Shown here: one piece after another, positions 12,662 through 28,500 of the stretch
Layout: every line of letters begins with the position of its first letter
Numbering within the stretch: the first letter of the stretch is position 1
Source of the DNA: Eledone cirrhosa
Taxonomy: Eukaryota
Assembly: GCA_964016885.1 (NCBI GenBank)
Contig: CAXHJY010000949.1
Span: forward strand, 1-64,000
Reading direction: 5' to 3'
DNA: 64,000 nt
Translations under genes and position numbers: made by a program
The notes under the pieces: generated by a model
What the model saw: the letters and a program-made list of their open reading frames with translations, nothing else
Databases searched by the model: none
What the model was told of the DNA's origin: nothing

Positions 12662-15600
12662 AATTAAATTATGACCAAAAATTTTTTCTCGATTCTTCTC
12701 TCCATTCGAACCCATTCATTCAATCACTTCTATGTCCTAAATTCACACTATATCATATTTTCACCATTATATATCATATCTTTTCTCTAAAAATCATATT
12801 TTCCCTATCACCGCATTTTCTCTATCGTAATTTCTTAAACAAAACAAATCTTGTATTTTCGTTTATTGTTAAATCATGCCCAAAATACGGCGATCTTATC
12901 TTAAACCTTACATTCTCGCTATCACTATTATATATTCCTTTAAATATAATTTGTTAAACTTGCTAAGTTTTACGCAAATCTTCGAGTACCTATTTAAACT
13001 TTTAACCTCTGCTCCATCCCATATTCTACCCCCTACCCATTCATCATGATGGTTCCTGCCCCCCCCCCCCTCCCTCTCTATACATATAAGATAAAACCCT
13101 ACCAAAATTAATCAAAATCGCCAACTCGCTATTTCTGGGATGGCTGTTCCCTTCGGTATAAAGTAACGTTCAAATTTTTCTCGATTCTTCTCTCCATTCG
13201 AACCCATTCATTCAATCACTTCTATGTCCTAATTTCACACTATATCATATTTTCACCATCCTATATCATATCTTTTCTCTAAAAATCATATTTCCCCTAT
13301 CACCGCATTTTCTCTACCGTATTTTCTTAAACAAAACAAATCTTGTATTTTCGTTTATTGTTAAATTATGCCCAAAAATTTTTTTCTCGATTCTTCTCTC
13401 CATTCGAACCCATTCATTCAATCACTTCTATGTCCTAAATTCACACTATATCATATTTTCACCATTATATATCATATCTTTTCTCTAAAAATCATATTTT
13501 CCCTATCACCGCATTTTCTCTATCGTAATTTCTTAAACAAAACAAATCTTGTATTTTCGTTTATTGTTAAATCATGCCCAAAATACGGCGATCTTATCTT
13601 AAACCTTACATTCTCGCTATCACTATTATATATTCCTTTAAATATAATTTGTTAAACTTGCTAAGTTTTACGCAAATCTTCGAGTACCTATTTAAACTTT
13701 TAACCTCTGCTCCATCCCATATTCTACCCCCTACCCATTCATCATGATGGTTCCTGCCCCCCCCCCCCCTCCCTCTCTATACATATAAGATAAAACCCTA
13801 CCAAAATTAATCAAAATCGCCAACTCGCTATTTCTGGGATGGCTGTTCCCTTCGGTATAAAGTAACGTTCAAATTTTTCTCGATTCTTCTCTCCATTCGA
13901 ACCCATTCATTCAATCACTTCTATGTCCTAATTTCACACTATATCATATTTTCACCATCCTATATCATATCTTTTCTCTAAAAATCATATTTCCCCTATC
14001 ACCGCATTTTCTCTACCGTATTTTCTTAAACAAAACAAATCTTGTATTTTCGTTTATTGTTAAATTATGCCCAAAAATTTTTTCTCGATTCTTCTCTCCA
14101 TTCGAACCCATTCATTCAATCACTTCTATGTCCTAAATTCACACTATATCATATTTTCACCATTATATATCATATCTTTTCTCTAAAAATCATATTTTCC
14201 CTATCACCGCATTTTCTCTATCGTAATTTCTTAAACAAAACAAATCTTGTATTTTCGTTTATTGTTAAATCATGCCCAAAATACGGCGATCTTATCTTAA
14301 ACCTTACATTCTCGCTATCACTATTATATATTCCTTTAAATATAATTTGTTAAACTTGCTAAGTTTTACGCAAATCTTCGAGTACCTATTTAAACTTTTA
14401 ACCTCTGCTCCATCCCATATTCTACCCCCTACCCATTCATCATGATGGTTCCTGCCCCCCCCCCCCCCTCCCTCTCTATACATATAAGATAAAACCCTAC
14501 CAAAATTAATCAAAATCGCCAACTCGCTATTTCTGGGATGGCTGTTCCCTTCGGTATAAAGTAACGTTCAAATTTTTCTCGATTCTTCTCTCCATTCGAA
14601 CCCATTCATTCAATCACTTCTATGTCCTAATTTCACACTATATCATATTTTCACCATCCTATATCATATCTTTTCTCTAAAAATCATATTTCCCCTATCA
14701 CCGCATTTTCTCTACCGTATTTTCTTAAACAAAACAAATCTTGTATTTTCGTTTATTGTTAAATTATGCCCAAAAATTTTTTCTCGATTCTTCTCTCCAT
14801 TCGAACCCATTCATTCAATCACTTCTATGTCCTAAATTCACACTATATCATATTTTCACCATTATATATCATATCTTTTCTCTAAAAATCATATTTTCCC
14901 TATCACCGCATTTTCTCTATCGTAATTTCTTAAACAAAACAAATCTTGTATTTTCGTTTATTGTTAAATCATGCCCAAAATACGGCGATCTTATCTTAAA
15001 CCTTACATTCTCGCTATCACTATTATATATTCCTTTAAATATAATTTGTTAAACTTGCTAAGTTTTACGCAAATCTTCGAGTACCTATTTAAACTTTTAA
15101 CCTCTGCTCCATCCCATATTCTACCCCCTACCCATTCATCATGATGGTTCCTGCCCCCCCCCCCTCCCTCTCTATACATATAAGATAAAACCCTACCAAA
15201 ATTAATCAAAATCGCCAACTCGCTATTTCTGGGATGGCTGTTCCCTTCGGTATAAAGTAACGTTCAAATTTTTCTCGATTCTTCTCTCCATTCGAACCCA
15301 TTCATTCAATCACTTCTATGTCCTAATTTCACACTATATCATATTTTCACCATCCTATATCATATCTTTTCTCTAAAAATCATATTTCCCCTATCACCGC
15401 ATTTTCTCTACCGTATTTTCTTAAACAAAACAAATCTTGTATTTTCGTTTATTGTTAAATTATGCCCAAAAATTTTTTCTCGATTCTTCTCTCCATTCGA
15501 ACCCATTCATTCAATCACTTCTATGTCCTAAATTCACACTATATCATATTTTCACCATTATATATCATATCTTTTCTCTAAAAATCATATTTTCCCTATC

Positions 15601-16531
15601 ACCGCATTTTCTCTATCGTATTTTCTTAAACAAAACAAATCTTGTATTTTCGTTTATTGTTAAATTATGCCCAAAAATTTTTTCTCGATTCTTCTCTCCA
15701 TTCGAACCCATTCATTCAATCACTTCTATGTCCTAAATTCACACTATATCATATTTTCACCATTATATATCATATCTTTTCTCTAAAAATCATATTTTCC
15801 CTATCACCGCATTTTCTCTATCGTATTTTCTTAAACAAAACAAATCTTGTATTTTCGTTTATTGTTAAATTATGCCCAAAAATTTTTTCTCGATTCTTCT
15901 CTCCATTCGAACCCATTCATTCAATCACTTCTATGTCCTAAATTCACACTATATCATATTTTCACCATTATATATCATATCTTTTCTCTAAAAATCATAT
16001 TTTCCCTATCACCGCATTTTCTCTATCGTAATTTCTTAAACAAAACAAATCTTGTATTTTCGTTTATTGTTAAATTATGCCCAAAAATTTTTTCTCGATT
16101 CTTCTCTCCATTCGAACCCATTCATTCAATCACTTCTATGTCCTAAATTCACACTATATCATATTTTCACCATTATATATCATATCTTTTCTCTAAAAAT
16201 CATATTTTCCCTATCACCGCATTTTCTCTATCGTATTTTCTTAAACAAAACAAATCTTGTATTTTCGTTTATTGTTAAATTATGCCCAAAAATTTTTTCT
16301 CGATTCTTCTCTCCATTCGAACCCATTCATTCAATCACTTCTATGTCCTAAATTCACACTATATCATATTTTCACCATTATATATCATATCTTTTCTCTA
16401 AAAATCATATTTTCCCTATCACCGCATTTTCTCTATCGTAATTTCTTAAACAAAACAAATCTTGTATTTTCGTTTATTGTTAAATCATGCCCAAAATACG
16501 GCGATCTTATCTTAAACCTTACATTCTCGCT
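12662..16531. repeat. Tandem array of 205-bp monomers with ~696-699-bp higher-order units
   Basis: Repeated ORF starts spaced 205 bp (15437, 15642, 15847, 16052, 16257) and 699/696 bp (14042, 14741, 15437); ~285-bp B block with variable poly-C in four copies. Confidence 0.96.
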
Positions 16532-19500
16532 AACAACCCATCATCCCTCCCTCCCGCCCCCACACACCACCATTATTACGTGGACCAATCATAAGTCAGA
16601 GGCCCATACTATCGCTTAACTGGTTGCTTTTCGATATGATGGATGGACTACGGAATTCTGGAGAGTTGAAGAGAGAAAAATGTGGACGCTCAGCGACAAT
16701 GCCAAAGATAAAGCCAAATTCACCTCGTGGACGAGAATGCAAGCACTCCTCCTTGTTTCGGCCCAGGATGGCTAACATAACCCCATCCCCCCTCCCCCCC
16801 TCCACCCCCCCCCCCCCCGCGCCCCACCGCTCCCACCCTCCAAACGCAATCCAAAACTTCAGAGTTGGTACCATGAATGTAGGCACCTTAAAGGGTCGCT
16901 CTAACGAGGTTGTAGAAATGCTTGAACGTAAGGAGGTCGATGTTTGTTGTATTCAAGAGACCAGGTGGAGGGGAGGGTCGGCTAGATTCATCGTGGGTAA
17001 AGAGCGATGCTATAAGCTTTTCTGGGTGGGAAATGACAATGGGTTGGGTGGGGTAGGAATCATGGTAGCAGAAAAGTGGGCAGATAAGATAATAGACGTA
17101 AATAGAGTGAACGACAGAATAATTAAAATAAGACTTGTCCTCAATAAAACTACGGTGACAGTAATATCTGCGTACGCACCCCAATCCGGACTGCCCCGCG
17201 CTATAAAAGACAGATTCTACGAGACACTGATGCTCGCTACCTCCCAAATAACCGACAGTGACTATATAGTTATTGCAGGCGACCTAAATGGTCACGTTGG
17301 ACAACATTGTGACGGCTATGACGGAATCCATGGAGACTATGGGTTCGGTACTAGAAATGAGGAAGGCTCCAGAATCCTGGAATTCTGCGACGCAAATAAC
17401 TTAACTATCTGTAACACTAACTTCAAAAAACGAGACAATCACTTGATCACCTATAGATCGGGGGAACACACAAGCCAGGTAGATTATATCCTTACCAGAA
17501 GACGTGACAGAGTGTCTGTTGTTAACACTAAATCCCACCCCCATGAAGAATTCACCTCCCAACATAGACTGATAATTAGCGACCTCATAGTCAGGACGAG
17601 ACGTACTAGACAGCGAAAGAAGACTATCCTCAGGAGAAAAATATGGAAGCTAAAGGACCCCATAGCCAGAAATAAATTTCAAAGCAAATTACTTGACGCT
17701 TTCGACAGTAAGGAAGAGCAATTAGAGTCGTATAATATAGAGGAACAGTGGGAATTCCTGAGAGCAAACCTGCTGACGGCGGCAGACGAAGTCTGTGGCT
17801 GGAGCAGGCCTGTAGGTAGGAGGAGAGTAACATGGTGGTGGAACAGTAAGGTGGAGGAGTCAATTAAGGCCAAAAAGCAGGCTTGGAAAGTATGGCGGGA
17901 TGGGGGAAGTAGAGAAGACTATCAAGTGGCCAGGAGGGAAGCTAGGAGACAAGTGTACTTCGCAAGAAGGGAAGCAGAGGAAAGAAAGTTCAAGCATGTT
18001 CTACAACGTGAGGACCAAAAACGTGAGGTGTTCAGGATTGCCAGGCAATGTGTCAAGGAAAACCGTGATATTGTCGGGGAGAAGTGTGTACTTAACGATG
18101 ATGGCATACTTGCCATCACCGACGCTGATAAGAAGGTAGCTTGGAAGTGTCACTACGAAAGGCTTCTAAATGAGGAGAACAAATGGGAGAAAGACAGTCT
18201 CCCCCAGATCGATCCAATAGAGGGACCAGCAGTGTTAGTTGAAGGTAGTATAATAAGTAAGGCAATCAAAGATATGAAGACGGGTAAGGCGGCTGGGCCT
18301 TCGGAAATAGTTGCTGAGATGCTGAAGGCATCTGGTTCGGTGGGACACACCATGGTCACCCGGATAGTTAACCAAGTCGTACAGAATGGGGTTGTTCCGA
18401 AGGAATGGCGTAGCAGCATCATCGTTAACTGCTATAAGGGAAAAGGAGATGCCCTAGATAGGAGTAACTATAGAGGCATTAAATTAATCGACCAGGTCAT
18501 GAAGGTCACGGAAAAAGTAATAGCGCAACTAATCAGAGAGAGAATTGATCTAGATGAAATGCAGTTCGGGTTTGTGTCAGGCAAAAGTACCACAGACGCT
18601 CTTTTCATTGTACGACAACTACAGGAGAAGTACCTAGCTAAAAGTAAACCCCTATACTTAGCTTTTGTCGACTTGGAGAAAGCCTTCGACAGAGTCCCCC
18701 GTTCCATTATCTGGTGGTCTCTTAGAAAACTAGGTGTTGACGAATGGCTTGTGAGAGCTATACAAGCCATGTATAAAGAAACAGTCAGTAAGGTTAGAAT
18801 TAACAACGAATATAGTGAAGAGTTTAGCGTAAAAGTTGGTGTCCATCAGGGCTCTGTACTTAGCCCCCTACTATTTATTATTGCCCTTCAGGCTATAACA
18901 GAGGAGTTCAAGACCGGCTGCCCATGGGAACTCCTATACGCAGATGATCTAACGCTCATAGCTGAATCAATGACCGAACTAGAGAAGAAATTCCAAACGT
19001 GGAAGCACGGCCTAGAATCAAAAGGCCTTAAAATTAACCTGGCTAAGACTAAAGTTCTAGTTTGTAGGAAAGAAAATAAGGCGGCGGTCCCATCGGGGAA
19101 ATGGCCATGCTCAGTGTGTAGGAAAGGCGTAGGTAGAAACTCCATTTTATGTCCCAAATGCAAAGTATGGGTGCATAAAAGATGTAGTGGGATCACAGGT
19201 AAGCTAACTAAGAACATAGATTTTACATGTGGCCGGTGCTCTGGTGCAATAAGTAGCAGCAAGTGCCCACAAAATACTAGCTCCTTCAACTGCGCAGAGG
19301 GTTCTATAGAAATAGTGGACAGCTTCCGTTATCTGGGTGACAAAATCAGCAGTGGGGGAGGGTGCTCTGAAAGTACAGTAGCTAGAGTCAGAACTGGATG
19401 GAAAAAGTTCAGAGAGCTTATACCACTATTAGCCGCTAGAGGGTTCTCCCTAAAAATGAAAGGCAGGTTATACGATGCCTGCATACGAACAGCAATGCTG

Positions 19501-20379
19501 CATGGCAGTGAGACCTGGGCATTGTGTGCAGAGGATATACGCAGACTAGAGAGGAACGAAGCTTGCATGCTCCGCTGGATGTGCAATAGTAATATACGTG
19601 AACGGCAAAGCATAAACGAACTAAGGAAAAAATTAGAAATAAGAGGGATCAGATGTTGTTTACTCGAGAGAAGGCTACGTTGGTACGGTCACGTGATGCG
19701 CATGAAAGACGACAGCTGTATAACAAAGTGCAGGGCAATAAAGATAGACGGTAGCCACGGAGTAGGCAGACCCAGAAAAACATGGGACGAGCTGATAAAT
19801 TCCGACCTCACACGCTTACACCTCTCCAAGACAATGTCACTGGACCGAGACCTTTGGCGGTACTCAGTAATAGAGAAGACCCGCCTTACCTAAATACAAA
19901 GTAAAAACCTACTACAGTCAGTAGGCACCTCTATCAAAACACACCCCACCCACACCGCCCCTTTCAATGTAAAGTTATGTTGGTCCCACAACATCCAGGC
20001 CGAAACAAATGAGATCGTGTAGGTGTCACGACAAAAAACACACAGTCCACGCTGTAAATGTGGCCGTGTAGGCAACACGGTAAAAACCTCCCAGCCCCAC
20101 ACTGTAAATATGGTTGGTGTTAGGAAGGGCATCCAGCTGTAGAAAACCCGCCAGACAGTCCACGCTGTAATGTGGCCGTGTAGGCAACACGGTAAAAACC
20201 TCCCAGCCCCACACTGTAAATGTGGTTGGTGTTAGGAAGGGCATCCAACTGTAGAAAACCCGCCAGACAGTCCTATGCGAGCAAGACAACCACTCTTGCC
20301 TCAAGTGGGAAAACCCCCGTCCAAACCCATGCAAGCGTGGAACACGGACGCTAAACCTGATGATGATGATGATGATGAT
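16532..20379 (+). mobile_element. RTE-clade LINE copy 3, apparently intact
   Basis: Single uninterrupted ORF, 3' UTR with ~122-bp internal duplication, (GAT)n tail; exact 5' boundary uncertain. Confidence 0.95.
16624..19893 (+). CDS. RTE ORF: APE endonuclease + reverse transcriptase with inserted PHD finger
   Basis: APE motifs TMNVGTL, IQETRW, SAYAP, GDLNGHVG, DYIL, SQHRL; RT motifs [24 protein letters not shown]; C4HC3 at 19108-19239; C-terminal GRPRKTW. True start is probably ATG 16636, 16699 or 16768. Confidence 0.96.
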   Translation: MLFDMMDGLRNSGELKREKCGRSATMPKIKPNSPRGRECKHSSLFRPRMANITPSPLPPSTPPPPAPHRSHPPNAIQNFRVGTMNVGTLKGRSNEVVEMLERKEVDVCCIQETRWRGGSARFIVGKERCYKLFWVGNDNGLGGVGIMVAEKWADKIIDVNRVNDRIIKIRLVLNKTTVTVISAYAPQSGLPRAIKDRFYETLMLATSQITDSDYIVIAGDLNGHVGQHCDGYDGIHGDYGFGTRNEEGSRILEFCDANNLTICNTNFKKRDNHLITYRSGEHTSQVDYILTRRRDRVSVVNTKSHPHEEFTSQHRLIISDLIVRTRRTRQRKKTILRRKIWKLKDPIARNKFQSKLLDAFDSKEEQLESYNIEEQWEFLRANLLTAADEVCGWSRPVGRRRVTWWWNSKVEESIKAKKQAWKVWRDGGSREDYQVARREARRQVYFARREAEERKFKHVLQREDQKREVFRIARQCVKENRDIVGEKCVLNDDGILAITDADKKVAWKCHYERLLNEENKWEKDSLPQIDPIEGPAVLVEGSIISKAIKDMKTGKAAGPSEIVAEMLKASGSVGHTMVTRIVNQVVQNGVVPKEWRSSIIVNCYKGKGDALDRSNYRGIKLIDQVMKVTEKVIAQLIRERIDLDEMQFGFVSGKSTTDALFIVRQLQEKYLAKSKPLYLAFVDLEKAFDRVPRSIIWWSLRKLGVDEWLVRAIQAMYKETVSKVRINNEYSEEFSVKVGVHQGSVLSPLLFIIALQAITEEFKTGCPWELLYADDLTLIAESMTELEKKFQTWKHGLESKGLKINLAKTKVLVCRKENKAAVPSGKWPCSVCRKGVGRNSILCPKCKVWVHKRCSGITGKLTKNIDFTCGRCSGAISSSKCPQNTSSFNCAEGSIEIVDSFRYLGDKISSGGGCSESTVARVRTGWKKFRELIPLLAARGFSLKMKGRLYDACIRTAMLHGSETWALCAEDIRRLERNEACMLRWMCNSNIRERQSINELRKKLEIRGIRCCLLERRLRWYGHVMRMKDDSCITKCRAIKIDGSHGVGRPRKTWDELINSDLTRLHLSKTMSLDRDLWRYSVIEKTRLT

Positions 20380-20388
20380 ATATATATG

Positions 20389-20427
<39 letters not shown>

Positions 20428-21572
20428 TTATATATATATGTATTTATATATATATGTATTTATATATATATATATATATATATATGTATTTATATATATA
20501 TATATATATATGTATTTATATATATATGTATTTATATATATATATGTATGTATCTATATATATGTATTTATATATATATATATATGTATGTATCTATATA
20601 TATATGTATTTATATATATATATGTATGTATCTATATATATGTATTTATATATATATATATATGTATGTATCTATATATATATGTATTTATATATATATA
20701 TATGTATGTATCTATATATATATGTATTTATATATATATATATATGTATGTATCTATATATATGTATTTATATATATATATGTATTTATATATATATATG
20801 TATGTATCTATATATATGTATTCATATATATATATGTATGTATCTATATATATATGTATTTATATATATATGGATTTATATATATATATATCTATATATA
20901 TATGTATTTATATATATATGTATTTATATATATATATGTATTTATATATATATATATCTATATATATATGTATTTATATATATATATATCTATATATATA
21001 TGTATGTATCTATATATATATATATGTATTTATATATATATATATGTATTTATATATATATATATATGTATTTATATATATATATATGTATGTATCTATA
21101 TATATATGTATTTATATATATATATATATGTATGTATCTATATATATGTATTTATATATATGTATGTATCTATATATATGTATTCATATATATATATGTA
21201 TGTATCTATATATATATGTATTTATATATATATGGATTTATATATATATCTATATATATATGTATTTATATATATATGTATTTATATATATATATGTATT
21301 TATATATATATATATATCTATATATATATGTATTTATATATATATATATCTATATATATATGTATGTATCTATATATATATATATGTATTTATATATATA
21401 TATATGTATTTATATATATATATGTATTTATATATATATATATATATATCTATATATATATGTATCTATATCTATATATATATATGTATGTATCTATATA
21501 TGTATGTATCTATATATATATATATATCTATATATGTATGTATCTATATATATATATCTATATATGTATGTA

Positions 21573-21611
<39 letters not shown>

Positions 21612-21638
21612 CTATATATATATATATATATGTATGTA

Positions 21639-21671
<33 letters not shown>
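20380..21671. repeat. Compound (TA)n microsatellite with an internal 362-bp duplication
   Basis: Rare markers TTCATA (20821/21183) and TGGATTT (20871/21233) recur 362 bp apart. Confidence 0.93.
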
Positions 21672-25929
<4,258 letters not shown>

Positions 25930-26041
25930 ATAAGTTGTAATATAATGAAACGAAATTTCATTTCTCACTCTTAGTTCGGCACTTACTTAAATGTAAGTAT
26001 GTATGTATACGTACATATATGTATACAGACGTACAGTAGCA

Positions 26042-26102
<61 letters not shown>

Positions 26103-26248
26103 GTACACATATATATATGTACGTATCAGTTTAGCGAACGTTTATTATAACGCCCGCTTTGTCCGTTTGTAAACAAGCGAACAGCCTGATTTATGCCATA
26201 CGGTGTTAAGGCAACCACGTCACCTTTTTGTTCAACACTGACACAGGA

Positions 26249-26291
26249 ACGATGTACTAGTTTCAAGCTTGTTAGCTATCATCAGCACCGT
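26249..26291 (-). ncRNA. Type I hammerhead ribozyme (family A, left arm)
   Basis: Minus strand: ACGGTG CTGATGA TAGCT AACA AGCTT GAAAC TA GTA CATCGT; canonical core, palindromic ACTAGT stem III. Confidence 0.85.
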
Positions 26292-26558
26292 ATACCCTTC
26301 TGCCAGATAGTTGAACGTTCGGAAGTATATACTTTCCTTATGAAAATTAACGGCTGAGCAGCCTAATTTGCATCTCGAGTGAGTTCAGTCGGCAGGCGTA
26401 CCGAGAACGATAAGTTGTAATATAATGAAACGAAATTTCATTTCTCACACTTACTTAAATGTGAGTATGTATGTATACGTACATACATATATGTATACAG
26501 ACGGGCGCTATAATAAACGTTCGCTAAACTGATACGTACATATATATGTGTGTACCTG

Positions 26559-26629
<71 letters not shown>

Positions 26630-26867
26630 GCATGCTACTCTACGTCTGTATACATATATCTATGTACGTATACATACATACTTACATTTAAGTAAGTGCC
26701 GTACTAAGAGTGAGAAATGAAATTTCGTTTCATTATATTACAACTTATCGTTCTCGGTACGCCTGGCCGACTGAACTCACTCGAGATGCAAATTAGGCTG
26801 CTCAGCCGTTAATTTTCATAAGGAAAGTATATACTTTCGAACGTTCAACTATCTGGCAGAAGGGTAT

Positions 26868-26910
26868 ACGGTGCTGATGATAGCTAACAAGCTTGAAACT
26901 AGTACATCGT
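26868..26910 (+). ncRNA. Type I hammerhead ribozyme (family A, right arm)
   Basis: ACGGTG CTGATGA TAGCTAACAAGCTT GAAAC TA GTA CATCGT. Confidence 0.85.
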
Positions 26911-27059
26911 TCCTGTGTCAGTGTTGAACAAAAAGGTGACGTGGTTGCCTTAACACCGTATGGCATAAATCAGGCTGTTCGCTTGTTTACAAACGGACAA
27001 AGCGGGCGTTATAATAAACGTTCGCTAAACTGATACGTACATATATATATGTGTACCTG

Positions 27060-27104
<45 letters not shown>

Positions 27105-27108
<4 letters not shown>

Positions 27109-27210
27109 TTAATATAGATGAGATTCTCATCTATATTAAAACTTTTATACTCTGCTATGTATTGAGTACCTTACTTACCGTGGTTACCTCCGATTCAACC
27201 CGGAATAACG
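27105..27210 (+). repeat. Perfect 19-bp-arm palindrome plus tail related to the hairpin-tail family
   Basis: AGTTTTAATATAGATGAGA-T-TCTCATCTATATTAAAACT, then CTCTGCTATGTATTGAGTAC. Confidence 0.75.
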
Positions 27211-27354
27211 TATATATATATATATATATATATATAGGCATGCTACTGTACGTCTGTATACATATATGTATGTACGTATACATACATACTTACATATATA
27301 TTTATATATTTATATATATATATGTATATATATATATTTATATATATGTATATT

Positions 27355-27383
<29 letters not shown>

Positions 27384-27386
<3 letters not shown>

Positions 27387-27894
27387 AAAACAAATAACGA
27401 AACGAAATTAAATTTTGTTTCGTTTGTAACTCACTTTTGTATGACTGACGCTTAAACAATTAAGTTAAGAATGTACATCCACATATGTATACTGAAATAC
27501 TAGTATGCATATGAATACACACACGTGTACATATGTAGATGTACCGAGTTTTTCACTGGTCACTTTACTGTGAGTGTCCAGCTATTCTGTATGTAAACAC
27601 ACAGACAAACCGGTTTTTAGAGTCATACTGGTTTTTGAGGAAACACCTTTCCTCTATTCTCCAGAAAGCCAGACAAGGAATATTGGACTAGTTTCGATGT
27701 TGTTACATCTCATCAGCAATATTTACCCATCTTCCGGCCTTTCTAGAGAATCGTAAAAGCACATATCGTTATATGCTTTTTCTATGAAAATTAGTAGTGG
27801 GCAGACTAATTTGCATAGAGCGTGAGTACGTACCGGTTCAACGGAGACGATAAAAACAAATAACGAAACGAAATTAAATTTTGTTTCGTTTGTA
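27384..27894 (-). mobile_element. HHR family B: 466-bp unit with 45-bp terminal redundancy
   Basis: ATAAAAACAAATAACGAAACGAAATTAAATTTTGTTTCGTTTGTA at 27384-27428 and 27850-27894; internal HHR. Confidence 0.78.
27679..27723 (-). ncRNA. Type I hammerhead ribozyme (family B)
   Basis: Minus strand: AATATTG CTGATGA GATGT AACA ACATC GAAAC TA GTC CAATATT; perfect 7-bp stem I and 5-bp stem II, GUC triplet. Confidence 0.9.
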
Positions 27895-28093
27895 TATATA
27901 TGTATATATATATATTTATATATATATATATGTATATATATATATTTATATATATATATATGTATATATATATATTTATATATATATATGTATATTTAAA
28001 TATATATATGTATATATATATATATATGTGTGTGTGCTTATTCATATATGCTCAAACACACCTATATGTATGTGTAAATAAATATATATATAT

Positions 28094-28169
<76 letters not shown>

Positions 28170-28265
28170 AATATATATGAATGAAAATATTTATACATAT
28201 ATATGAATGAAAATATTTATACATATATATGAATGAAAATATTTATACATATATATGTATGAAAA

Positions 28266-28309
<44 letters not shown>

Positions 28310-28469
28310 CATGCTACTGTACGTCTGTATACATATATGTATGTACGTATACATACATACTTACATATATATTTATATATATATATGTATATATATATAT
28401 TTATATATATATATGTATATTTATATATATATATATATGTATATATGTATATTTGTATATATGTATATT

Positions 28470-28500
<31 letters not shown>

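Larger units (their letters stand above)
25930..27104. mobile_element. HHR family A: ~1.2 tandem units (480 bp) fused to an inverted, circularly permuted ~1.2 units (501 bp)
   Basis: ATAAGTTGTAATATAATG at 25930 and 26410; inversion at ~26502; CGGGCG(C/T)TATAATAAACG at 26502 and 27003; one HHR per arm. Confidence 0.8.

Noticed and set aside
12662-16531. CRISPR-like array or repeated 99-103-aa genes
   Set aside because: Units are fully repeated with no unique spacers, no cas genes, eukaryotic context; the ORFs are by-products of a G-poor repeat strand.
16715-16780. HDV-like ribozyme in the intact RTE leader (CCTCGTGG, GGCTAA)
   Set aside because: CTCG-TGGA-CGAG forms a simple hairpin and I could not assign P1, P2 and P1.1 consistently.
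16888-19613. Recurrent antisense ORFs (e.g. 94-aa MLCRSR, 89-aa MMLLRH) in the RTE copies
   Set aside because: Recurrence simply follows from high copy identity; no independent evidence of coding.
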